The position numbers were made by a program, and so were the translations under genes. This document shows positions 8,621 through 16,750 of a DNA stretch of 64,000 nucleotides, one piece after another. The notes beneath the pieces were generated by a model, which worked only from the letters and a program-made list of their open reading frames with translations, searched no databases and was not told the origin of the DNA. Each line of letters starts with the position of its first letter. Position 1 is the stretch's first letter. The stretch is from positions 1 through 64,000 of the IMG/VR virus record IMGVR_UViG_3300049845_000008. One strand, written 5' to 3'. The stretch comes from a virus.

Positions 8621-10329
8621 GCTGCTATCCTACTGAAGTTTTGCTTCTTTTCGAAGCGAATGGACTGGTTGAACTTGTCGTGCAACTGATCCTTGTGGCT
8701 GATGACGAAGATGTTGGTGTTGTCTGGCATCTGGTGCAGGATATCCAACAGTGCGTCGGTTCCCTTTGTGTCCAGACTTGAATCGAATGTCTCATCCAGT
8801 ACCAACAGGTTAGTGTTGACACTGTTCTTCATGCGAGCAATGCTGCGCCATGTCAACAACAACGCAAGGTCGATCTTCTGCTTCTCACCTTCCGAGAAGT
8901 TCTCATACGAAAAGTCATCCCGGTGCCGTGAACGAATGACCTCATTGAACTCTTCATCAATGGTGAAGTTCACGAAGAAGTCCATCGCTGCTAGGTATTT
9001 ATTCACAAGCTTGTTGATGATGGGCAGGTATTGCTTGATGATTTTCGTCTTGATACCGCCGTCTTTGAGGAGGTACGCGGCAACGTCGAGGTACTGCTTT
9101 TCTTCGGTAGCCTTTTTACGCTTTTCGATGTAGCCGGTAAGCTCTTCGAAGAGTTCCTTGGACTGATCATGCGACTCACCACTCCCACCGTGTTGTTCAG
9201 TAAGTCGCTCGACTTCCTGTTCAAGTACACCAATATAACGTCGGGTATGGCTAATAGAAGTAGTGGTATTAGCAATGTCGCGTCCGATTGACTGAATTCG
9301 CGAATTGACTTCTGCAATGTCTCTAAGTCTTTGAATAACGGCATTCTGCTCTTCCTGTAGCTTATCCAAGCCGCGTTGGAATTCTTCGATCTTGTGGGTA
9401 CAGTCCGCGACGGCTGCACTCTTGAACTCAGGAGCAATGGACTGCTTACATGTCGGGCAGGAGTCATTGTTCTCGTAGAAAAGAACTTCCTTTTCCAGTT
9501 TGGTCTTGTTGGATTCGATTCGCGTGCCTAGCGTATTCAACTTGCCGTGCTTGGCTTTGAACGTAGACTCGTCGCCAATCTGCATCAGCAGTGCATCGAT
9601 CTTCACCTGATGTTCACGCTGCTCCTGCTCAAACTCAATGAGTTGATGCTTGGCGTTGTTTATCTCAACTTTCTTCGCAGCGATCATTTCCTGATTGTTG
9701 CGCTTGAGTTCCTCAAGGTGCTTCTTATGCAGTTCGATCTTTTCCCTCACAGCCTCAAGACGAATCTTGAATTCCTGCATCTGCGTCTTGATGGTGGCTA
9801 GACGATCCTTGACCACCGCGTTCATGCTAGAGAAGATCTGAATATCCAACAGGTCTTCGATGACCTCGCGGCGATCCGCAGCCTTCAACTGCATGAATGG
9901 TGTGAAACTGGCTGTGCCTAGCAGGACGATCTGTGTGAAAGACTTGTAGTTCATCTTGAGAATGAACCGAGTGAGCATGTCCTGATAATCAGCCGCTCGC
10001 GCATCCTGATGCATGAGCGTACCGTTAAGAACGATTTCGAACACCGCAGGCTTGATGCCCCGGCGAACGAGATAGCGGTTGCTGCCGACGCTGAATTCAA
10101 CTTCAGTTAGACATTCCTTGCCATTGATACTATTGATGATCAAAGGCTTATTGATATTACGGAATGGCTTACCAAACAGTGCGAAAGTCAGAGCGTCCAG
10201 AATGGTACTCTTACCCGCGCCATTCTCACCCACAATCAGTGTGTTCTGGTGTGCATCTAATTTGATTTCGGTCCAGACGTTCCCGGTACTAAGGAAGTTC
10301 TTCCACCGAATAGTGTGGAATGTAATCAT
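8617..10329 (-). CDS. gp46: Recombination endonuclease subunit, Rad50/SbcC-like ATPase
   Basis: GENGAGKST, CPTC zinc hook, FSEGEK signature, LVLDE, ISH. Confidence 0.96.
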   Translation of the reverse strand: MITFHTIRWKNFLSTGNVWTEIKLDAHQNTLIVGENGAGKSTILDALTFALFGKPFRNINKPLIINSINGKECLTEVEFSVGSNRYLVRRGIKPAVFEIVLNGTLMHQDARAADYQDMLTRFILKMNYKSFTQIVLLGTASFTPFMQLKAADRREVIEDLLDIQIFSSMNAVVKDRLATIKTQMQEFKIRLEAVREKIELHKKHLEELKRNNQEMIAAKKVEINNAKHQLIEFEQEQREHQVKIDALLMQIGDESTFKAKHGKLNTLGTRIESNKTKLEKEVLFYENNDSCPTCKQSIAPEFKSAAVADCTHKIEEFQRGLDKLQEEQNAVIQRLRDIAEVNSRIQSIGRDIANTTTSISHTRRYIGVLEQEVERLTEQHGGSGESHDQSKELFEELTGYIEKRKKATEEKQYLDVAAYLLKDGGIKTKIIKQYLPIINKLVNKYLAAMDFFVNFTIDEEFNEVIRSRHRDDFSYENFSEGEKQKIDLALLLTWRSIARMKNSVNTNLLVLDETFDSSLDTKGTDALLDILHQMPDNTNIFVISHKDQLHDKFNQSIRFEKKQNFSRIAA

Positions 10330-11396
10330 AATTCAGAAGCTAACGCCTCATTGTATACTTCTCTCAGTATACTCTTCAATCGCGGCTTTTGCAAGTCAAT
10401 TTCCATACCTTCCACCACCTTGTCGATGATGGATAGTGTGTCGTCAGCCTGATCCACCACACCGTCGCCGTTCGCATCGATTATGCTTATGTCGGTGAAA
10501 TCTTCCACGATGGTAACGTCTATCGGATTTGCTTTTCCGAGAGCTTCTATCAATGTCTCAAACAGGAACGAGTTGGACTTCTTCTCCACAACCACCTTGA
10601 CGTACTTGCCGGTGAATGCGGAGTAGTCACCATTCTGCACTTCATCGAAGAACAGGTTGTCATCGTTGTAACCGATCTTCACGTAGATTTCGTGCGGGTT
10701 GCGAATGAACTCTAGCTCGCGAGTCTCGGTGTCGAATACGTGGAATCCCTTGGGATCGTTCCAGTCTGCCCATGTCATCTGGTATGGCACGCCGGTATAC
10801 AGGACGTTGCCCTTCTCTGACCGATGGTGAAAGTGTCCGGAGATTACTTTCTCATACTTCGACAACATCCCTACGTCCATACCCTCATGGCAGAAGTTGC
10901 CGCGATCCATTTCGAATCCCGCTAACTCAAAATGCCCGAAGCAGAAGTCAGACTTGGACTTCTTGATGAAGTCGGCAATCTCTTTCTCGTTCTCTTCGCA
11001 GATCCACGGAATCAGGTCTACGGGGTTGCCGCCGAAGACAATGGTGGATGGGGAGTCGATCAGACACACTCGCCCGTACTCTTGCAATACCAGAGAGGGT
11101 GAGTTAATCTTGAGCGTATTGCGGTAGTAGATATCGTGATTGCCTAGCAGCGCGTACAGGGTCATGCCGCGACGGTCTAGTTCCGAGAAGAAGTATTCCT
11201 TGGCACTCGCAAGAATGTTGAAGTTGATGAACTTGCGTCGGTCGAACAGGTCGCCCAACTGAATCACGTTACCGATGCCGTGCTGCTCAAGATACGGGAA
11301 GAAGACCTCTGTGTAGAACTTGCGAGCAAGCTCATTGAACACAGCCGAGTCGTTTCTCATGCCGAAGTGGGTATCACCCAAGATTGCGATTTTCAA
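10326..11396 (-). CDS. gp47: Recombination endonuclease subunit, Mre11/SbcD-like nuclease
   Basis: GDTHFG, GDLFD, GNHD, GHFH phosphoesterase motifs; TTG start. Confidence 0.96.
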   Translation of the reverse strand: MKIAILGDTHFGMRNDSAVFNELARKFYTEVFFPYLEQHGIGNVIQLGDLFDRRKFINFNILASAKEYFFSELDRRGMTLYALLGNHDIYYRNTLKINSPSLVLQEYGRVCLIDSPSTIVFGGNPVDLIPWICEENEKEIADFIKKSKSDFCFGHFELAGFEMDRGNFCHEGMDVGMLSKYEKVISGHFHHRSEKGNVLYTGVPYQMTWADWNDPKGFHVFDTETRELEFIRNPHEIYVKIGYNDDNLFFDEVQNGDYSAFTGKYVKVVVEKKSNSFLFETLIEALGKANPIDVTIVEDFTDISIIDANGDGVVDQADDTLSIIDKVVEGMEIDLQKPRLKSILREVYNEALASEL

Positions 11397-11485
11397 AACT
11401 TAACACCCATGAAATAGAGAACTACCTCTACCACGAAAACAATGAACATGGCGATGAACACGCCTTGGGCTATTCTCTTAGTCAA
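11393..11485 (-). CDS. 30-aa single-pass membrane mini-protein
   Basis: Manual translation MTKRIAQGVFIAMFIVFVVEVVLYFMGVKF; TTG start with GGAG RBS; its TGA overlaps the gp47 TTG. Confidence 0.55.
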   Translation of the reverse strand: MTKRIAQGVFIAMFIVFVVEVVLYFMGVKF

Positions 11486-12011
11486 TGAACTTCTCCAATC
11501 CTTTTGCGGCTGCGACCTTGGCTTTCTTTACTGCTTTCGCATCTTCGAATTTCTTGATGAATTCGCTGATGTTTTCATACATTTCAAACTGCCGGGTATT
11601 GCCGTCGTCGGATTCCATCTGATCAAACTCATCCAAGATGCCATGCAACTCAGTTGACTTATACTTCACATAGAGTTCTTTCTTTTCGAACTTAATGCGC
11701 CTCAAGAATGCATAATAGCATATTGTCGAGAAATATGCAAATGGATTCTTGGATTTCGCAGGATTAAAGTTATCCACGTAGCGCAGACAGTTTTCAATGG
11801 CATCGTTCACCATTTCGTCCCGCCATGAGTAGGTCAGGAAATTATACTTATGACTCATATTCTCTGCGATCAGCAGAAAGCACTTGCCAATGTACTCAGG
11901 CACGCGAGGCTTCGGTGCCTTCTCGCGCTTGGCTTTGCGGACAGCCTTGCGATAGGCTGTAATCTCCTTTAGAAAGAGTTTGTTGTCAACGTAGTTATTA
12001 GTTTTAGCCAT
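11478..12011 (-). CDS. gp55: Late-transcription sigma factor
   Basis: NYVDNK...YIGKCFLLIA...NF..Y.WRDEMVNDAIENCLRY..NFNP.KSKNPFAYF. Confidence 0.96.
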   Translation of the reverse strand: MAKTNNYVDNKLFLKEITAYRKAVRKAKREKAPKPRVPEYIGKCFLLIAENMSHKYNFLTYSWRDEMVNDAIENCLRYVDNFNPAKSKNPFAYFSTICYYAFLRRIKFEKKELYVKYKSTELHGILDEFDQMESDDGNTRQFEMYENISEFIKKFEDAKAVKKAKVAAAKGLEKFID

Positions 12012-12020
12012 GATTTAGAT

Positions 12021-12049
12021 TTGACAGAACCTCGACTGATGTGTATAAT
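12021..12049 (+). promoter_or_regulatory. Perfect consensus sigma70 promoter in antisense orientation
   Basis: TTGACA (12021-12026), 17-nt spacer, TATAAT (12044-12049) in an intergenic gap. Confidence 0.8.
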
Positions 12050-12091
12050 GAGCGTGTGGCTCTTTGAAGGGTTGATTTAATAAGAAGGGAA

Positions 12092-12466
12092 TCAATTGGG
12101 CTTAGTAGAAGGATCACGGAGAAGAAAGGGAACAACCTTATCTCCTTTAGACTTAGGAGCCTTTCTAGGCGTAACAGAGTAGAAGAACTCAGCAGCACTG
12201 GTAAACTCTTCCTTGAAAGTGTCTTTCACATCCGTAGAGAACATAATAAACTCCTTGGGAAGAAAGATGGTGTCATTGGCACAGACGATGGGTGGAACCC
12301 ACTCTCTCACATTGAGCATCTGCCTTCCTTCAATAATCTCATTGTCCACGGTAAAGGCTAATGGGCGTTTGATCTGAATATGTCCCTTTGTGACCTGAAC
12401 CTCAAATGCGACAATATCCTCGTTGGTCTTTAGCTTGTAGAACTTGATAGGGAATTGGGTGTTCAT
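12092..12466 (-). CDS. Conserved hypothetical protein downstream of uvsW (possibly Sm-like fold)
   Basis: IKFYKLKTNEDIVA...IKRPL...REWVP pattern; ATGA overlap with uvsW. Confidence 0.7.
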   Translation of the reverse strand: MNTQFPIKFYKLKTNEDIVAFEVQVTKGHIQIKRPLAFTVDNEIIEGRQMLNVREWVPPIVCANDTIFLPKEFIMFSTDVKDTFKEEFTSAAEFFYSVTPRKAPKSKGDKVVPFLLRDPSTKPN

Positions 12467-13917
12467 TGGCTTAGTCCTATGTTGATTGATTTGATGGGAA
12501 ACTTTTCTTCGTTGTAAATGCGAACTCGTTCCTCATAGTGTTTCAATGCGAAGTTGACGTATGCTCCATACCGAAGATCGTCAACAATGTCATAAAGGAC
12601 TGCCTTACTCTTATTCTCACCGAGGCGTAATCCTCTGCCGATGGACTGTAATGTTCTAATCTGACTCTTCGTTGGTGAGGCGAAGATAACATTATGTAGG
12701 TGTTTTATGTTGATGCCTGTGGAGAACGTGCCATAGGAAGCCACGATCACCGAGTCTGTCTCATCCTCAGTGATTCTACGTACTTCCTCTCGGTCAAGAG
12801 TCTCTACGTCACCATGGATGAAATGCACCTTCCGATTCGGCAGACGATCCTTGATCAACTGGTGCAGAATCCTTCCGTGCTTGTCCACGTAATTATACAG
12901 GATCAGCGTGTTGCCGTCAAGTGATTCTGCTAATTTCGCTATGAATTTGTTGCGTGCTTCGTTGGCACAGAGGAAGGAAATCTCGTCCGGATAGGACTGT
13001 CCCTTGACTACCTTAGTGACCTCTTCCGGATACTTTAATACCAGACACTTGATTTCAAGTTTAGCGAGGTATCCTTTATTTTGTAGCTCCTGTGTGGAAG
13101 CCACACGCTGCACCGGACCAAACAATCCCTCTAGGACTAACTTGTGTACCTTAGACCCATCGAGGGTGCCGGTAGTTCCAATGCGGTAGTCGCAATTAAC
13201 TAGCTGCTCCATGATGTGCTTGAGGGAATCAGCCTTGAACTGGTGAGCCTCGTCACCGATCACGTAGTCGAACTGAGCAAAGTATTTCTTCGGCAGATCA
13301 TAGACTGACTGCCACGTAGAGATAACCAACGGCGCATAGGCATCCGTCGTGAATCCCTGATAGATGCGTTGGCAGTTCTTCTCTACGTCCCACCCGTAAG
13401 AGGCAAAGTCAGAGTACATCTGCTCGACAAGAGAGGTAGTCGGCACGATCAGCAGCCCACGCTTCTTACCGCGTTCGATCAGCCATCGTGATATCATGTA
13501 GATGATCATCGACTTGCCGGATGCGGTAGGCGAAATGACGATGCCACGCTTCTTAGTAAGGCTCCATAGATAGGCTACCCATTGATAATCGCGGGGAGCC
13601 ATAGAAACCTTCCATGACTCAACGTGTTCTTTCTGTGGTAGAAGGGCGATATTACCCTTGACAAGCGTTGAACTGTAAGTGTAGTTGAAGTCCTTGGCGA
13701 ACTGTCGAACGTATGGTTCTAATCCGGCGTAGATCTTGTGAGTTCTAAGATGGAATAGACGAATCTTCCCGTCCCAATACTTCTTTTTCTCTTTGGGAAG
13801 GAACTTAGCGGAGGGTACTGAATAGGTGAAGAACTCTGATAGCTCCTGTGCGGTGCTATCCTCGCATCTTATCTTCGCCCATACGTTACTGACTTGTTCA
13901 AAATGGATATCACTCAC
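12463..13917 (-). CDS. uvsW: UvsW RNA-DNA/DNA helicase
   Basis: PRDYQ, SPTASGKS, DEAH, GTTGT, QSIGRGLR. Confidence 0.96.
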   Translation of the reverse strand: MSDIHFEQVSNVWAKIRCEDSTAQELSEFFTYSVPSAKFLPKEKKKYWDGKIRLFHLRTHKIYAGLEPYVRQFAKDFNYTYSSTLVKGNIALLPQKEHVESWKVSMAPRDYQWVAYLWSLTKKRGIVISPTASGKSMIIYMISRWLIERGKKRGLLIVPTTSLVEQMYSDFASYGWDVEKNCQRIYQGFTTDAYAPLVISTWQSVYDLPKKYFAQFDYVIGDEAHQFKADSLKHIMEQLVNCDYRIGTTGTLDGSKVHKLVLEGLFGPVQRVASTQELQNKGYLAKLEIKCLVLKYPEEVTKVVKGQSYPDEISFLCANEARNKFIAKLAESLDGNTLILYNYVDKHGRILHQLIKDRLPNRKVHFIHGDVETLDREEVRRITEDETDSVIVASYGTFSTGINIKHLHNVIFASPTKSQIRTLQSIGRGLRLGENKSKAVLYDIVDDLRYGAYVNFALKHYEERVRIYNEEKFPIKSINIGLSQ

Positions 13918-14048
13918 AACTCAACCATTTTCCCACACCGCTTACACGGACCTGCCGCAGTGCGGTTACTGTAAAAGATCAGATCAATATCACCATGCCC
14001 ACGCAAAGCACACCAGAACTGCTTCCACCATTCTCTAATCTTCATCAT
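13914..14048 (-). CDS. 44-aa zinc-finger-like mini-protein (DUF1660-like)
   Basis: Manual translation MMKIREWWKQFWCALRGHGDIDLIFYSNRTAAGPCKRCGKMVEL with C-x4-H...CxxC; 4-nt overlaps on both sides. Confidence 0.6.
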   Translation of the reverse strand: MMKIREWWKQFWCALRGHGDIDLIFYSNRTAAGPCKRCGKMVEL

Positions 14049-14203
14049 CCATCTTCCCATACGAACCCGAAGAACAACTTCATCATGGTGCGATGAAACC
14101 AGTTGGGTTTCTTGGGGAAGTTTAGACGGCAGTGTTGATAGCGATAGCCGCCCACCATCTTAGGTAGGGCTGAAATGACGTTGTATTGAGTGTTAGTGTC
14201 CAC
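14045..14203 (-). CDS. 52-aa hypothetical protein
   Basis: Manual translation MDTNTQYNVISALPKMVGGYRYQHCRLNFPKKPNWFHRTMMKLFFGFVWEDG; fills the gap between uvsY and the next ORF. Confidence 0.55.
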   Translation of the reverse strand: MDTNTQYNVISALPKMVGGYRYQHCRLNFPKKPNWFHRTMMKLFFGFVWEDG

Positions 14204-14645
14204 CGCGTTCAAACCTCTCCCATGCCATCCATTCCTTCATCTGCCATGTACGGTTGTTGAGTTCCTTCATGACGTAGGTGCAGAAAGACACGCACTCTTC
14301 ATGGAACGTGATCTGCGCCTTGATCTTAGCCAGATCGTCGTCAGCATCCATGTACACGTTGAGGTCAGCCTTGAGAGTGAACGGGAAGGGTTCCCAATCC
14401 AACATAGCCAACTCTTCCTGAGAAAGCTTGCCGTTGTAGTAGCACCACTTGAGCTTGCGCATCTTGTTGAACTCAGCCTCGCGTCGAGCGACCGCAAGTT
14501 TGTGCATCGACAAATACTTGTTGTACTTAGAGTGAAGGACAGGAATCTTGATCATCTGTCCACCCGCATCCGTTGTGTCAACGTGCGAGTCTGTTTCCCA
14601 TTCCGAAATCAACTGTTCGACATTGGGTGCAATCATATTAGCCAT
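14193..14645 (-). CDS. uvsY: Recombination mediator UvsY
   Basis: IPVLHSKY...KWCYYNGK...PF...LKAD...DADDDL...NRTWQ. Confidence 0.93.
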   Translation of the reverse strand: MANMIAPNVEQLISEWETDSHVDTTDAGGQMIKIPVLHSKYNKYLSMHKLAVARREAEFNKMRKLKWCYYNGKLSQEELAMLDWEPFPFTLKADLNVYMDADDDLAKIKAQITFHEECVSFCTYVMKELNNRTWQMKEWMAWERFERGGH

Positions 14646-14676
14646 AGCAAAGAATCTCCATCAAAAGCATATGGTT

Positions 14677-14705
14677 ATCATACCATATTTCGGTTAGAGA
14701 GTCAA
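14677..14705 (-). promoter_or_regulatory. sigma70-type promoter for uvsY (TTGACT-17-TATGAT, extended -10)
   Basis: Direct read; the -10 lies inside a 7-6-7 inverted repeat ATATGGT/ACCATAT (14669-14688). Confidence 0.7.
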
Positions 14706-15250
14706 ATTCTTTCGATGTTGTAATACGAATATCTGAAAGTTACGTCGGATGTGATGATGTTCTCAGCCGAGTCGAGCGAGCTAAATTGAATTCCACCTAG
14801 ACTTGTCGGGAACAAATCTTTGTATTGAATGCGGACATTAGGGTTATTCTTATTAGTGAATACTGTCATGGAGGCGTCCGAATACTGTGGCGGCAGTTTC
14901 ACACCCGATCCACGCCGAACCTGAGTGTCACGGAACTTGGTGTCCATCTTGGCATACTCTTCGAATTCCTTGGGGAAGGTCATCGCACGAATCCAGTCAT
15001 GAATAGCTTCCCAATCCTTGAGGTCTTCGTCAATCAACATGGTCACGTTCAGGGTATCGTAGATAGCCTTTTCGCCCGGTTGCCATAGATCGACAAACGG
15101 CGTCGGACGCTGAATTTCTGTCAAGGAAATGCCGGGGAGATTTGCAGTCTGGCAAAAGAAAGTCAACCCCGGCAGGCGCATGAAGTTGAGTTTGAACTTC
15201 GTGCTTTGCAGGATATCACGATTCGATGGATTGCGGGTGATTGCGCTCAT
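14702..15250 (-). CDS. gp3: Tail completion / tube terminator protein
   Basis: FFCQTANLPGISL, LIDEDL..W..IHDW, DLFPTSLGGIQF; position after gp23. Confidence 0.88.
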   Translation of the reverse strand: MSAITRNPSNRDILQSTKFKLNFMRLPGLTFFCQTANLPGISLTEIQRPTPFVDLWQPGEKAIYDTLNVTMLIDEDLKDWEAIHDWIRAMTFPKEFEEYAKMDTKFRDTQVRRGSGVKLPPQYSDASMTVFTNKNNPNVRIQYKDLFPTSLGGIQFSSLDSAENIITSDVTFRYSYYNIERI

Positions 15251-15275
15251 GCGTATTCTCCAAGGGAGTGTGATC

Positions 15276-15282
15276 TATTTAG
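15276..15282 (-). promoter_or_regulatory. gp55-type late promoter (CTAAATA) for gp3
   Basis: The same motif recurs shortly upstream of nine structural genes. Confidence 0.75.
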
Positions 15283-15290
15283 CAGACAAC

Positions 15291-15320
15291 AAAAAGGGGC
15301 GGGAGTTGCCTCCCGCCCCT
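15291..15320 (-). terminator. Intrinsic terminator after the major capsid gene
   Basis: GGGGCGGGAG-GCAA-CTCCCGCCCC followed by TTTTTGTT. Confidence 0.92.
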
Positions 15321-15364
15321 GAGTCACTTGGGATTGCTCCCTCGTTATTATTGGCGACCAGTTA

Positions 15365-16708
15365 TCAACCGATTAGGTTGACGACTTGGAACTTACGGTA
15401 GTAAGTGTTGGTGCCGTTTGCCAGAGTTCCCGAGACAGCCGTTTCAGCACCCTGCGAAGAGTTCTGGAATGGGTTGCCAACCATGCCGTAGCGGGTCTTG
15501 AACCCGATCTTAGGCTGGAAGGTGTCTGGATCGATTGCGCGAACCATCTGTAGAGGAACGTATGGGCAGTAGAACACACCTGCGTCATAAGGGGTTGGAC
15601 CCTTATAGCCAACGATTACGTAGTCTGCGCCCGTTACCGAGTATGGATCCACGTAGACCTTGAGGCGACCGAATAGCGTACCTGCGAAGGTGTTGCCAGT
15701 GTCGTCAACCGAAAGGTTGGTGTTGTTGGTGAGTGCGCCCTGATAGTCAAGCAGACCGGTCATCGACAGAGCCGATGCAACGTCCGTGCTGACGATCAGA
15801 ATGTTGCCCTTGCCACGGCGAGTGTCCTTAGCAATCTTGTTGCAAGAACGCTCAACAGCGAACAGAAGTCCCTTGAACTTTTCAACTGCCCAACGTCCGG
15901 ACGTATCCGAAGTGCTGTTCAGGTTGAACTGTGCCGAGGTAAGCCCCGTAACACCAACGTTTGCCACTGCGTAAACCGTGCGAATGACTTCGCGGTTGAT
16001 TTCTGCAAGGATTTCGGTGGAAAGGATGTTCGATAGCTCGGCTTCTGCGTCAAGACCGTGAATCGCCTTCAAATCTTGAGCGAGTTCAAGCGTGTACTGT
16101 GCCTTAAGAGCGCGGCTCTTAGCGACAACCGACACACGCTCAATCGTGAAGCCCATTTCTGCCATCGTCGAGCCGAGGTTTTCAGCCGTAGACGTAGACA
16201 TGCCGGTACCGGTGTTAGCCAGAACGACATTAGCAATGTTACCGCCGAGTGCAGCAGCAGTGTGAGTGCCGGTGCCTGCCCATGCAGTGTTAGCTTCGTT
16301 GTAGAACGATTCAGGGGTCGATGCTGTGTTGAGGACAGCGTTGCCAGTGTTAGCATACTTAGCCTGCATCGCGAAGATCAAGCCGGTAGGACCGGTCATT
16401 GGCTGCACGCCGCAAACGTCATATGCCATTAGGTTAGGAAGTGCACGACGAACCAATCCGATTAGGATAGGATCGAAGCCCTTGATGTTGCCTGCGCCAG
16501 TCTCTAGCGAGCCTACGCCTGCGCCGACCGAGTTAGGAACGGCTTCGAACATGTTGCCATAAGCAGCAGCTTCTTCGCGCATTGCCTTTTCTTGGTTCTC
16601 AAGAATGACAGCCGTGACTGCCTTCTTGTATGGGTCCGTGATCTTAGCCAGTTCAGGGTGATCAAGGACTGGTGCCCACTTCTGGACATGAGTTTCTGAT
16701 AGATACAT
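15365..16708 (-). CDS. gp23: Major capsid protein
   Basis: GVQPMTGPTGLIFAM, ELAQDLKAIHGLDAEAEL, YCPYVPLQMV, FQPKIGFKTRYG. Confidence 0.99.
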   Translation of the reverse strand: MYLSETHVQKWAPVLDHPELAKITDPYKKAVTAVILENQEKAMREEAAAYGNMFEAVPNSVGAGVGSLETGAGNIKGFDPILIGLVRRALPNLMAYDVCGVQPMTGPTGLIFAMQAKYANTGNAVLNTASTPESFYNEANTAWAGTGTHTAAALGGNIANVVLANTGTGMSTSTAENLGSTMAEMGFTIERVSVVAKSRALKAQYTLELAQDLKAIHGLDAEAELSNILSTEILAEINREVIRTVYAVANVGVTGLTSAQFNLNSTSDTSGRWAVEKFKGLLFAVERSCNKIAKDTRRGKGNILIVSTDVASALSMTGLLDYQGALTNNTNLSVDDTGNTFAGTLFGRLKVYVDPYSVTGADYVIVGYKGPTPYDAGVFYCPYVPLQMVRAIDPDTFQPKIGFKTRYGMVGNPFQNSSQGAETAVSGTLANGTNTYYRKFQVVNLIG

Positions 16709-16750
16709 TTGGTTTTCTCCGTAAGAGGTTTGGTTTAGTTCGCAGTTGCC

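Noticed and set aside
12004-12198. 64-aa minus-strand ORF bridging the Sm-like gene and gp55
   Set aside because: Mostly overlaps another gene out of frame with no convincing start or motif; not called, though a role in coupling gp55 translation cannot be excluded.
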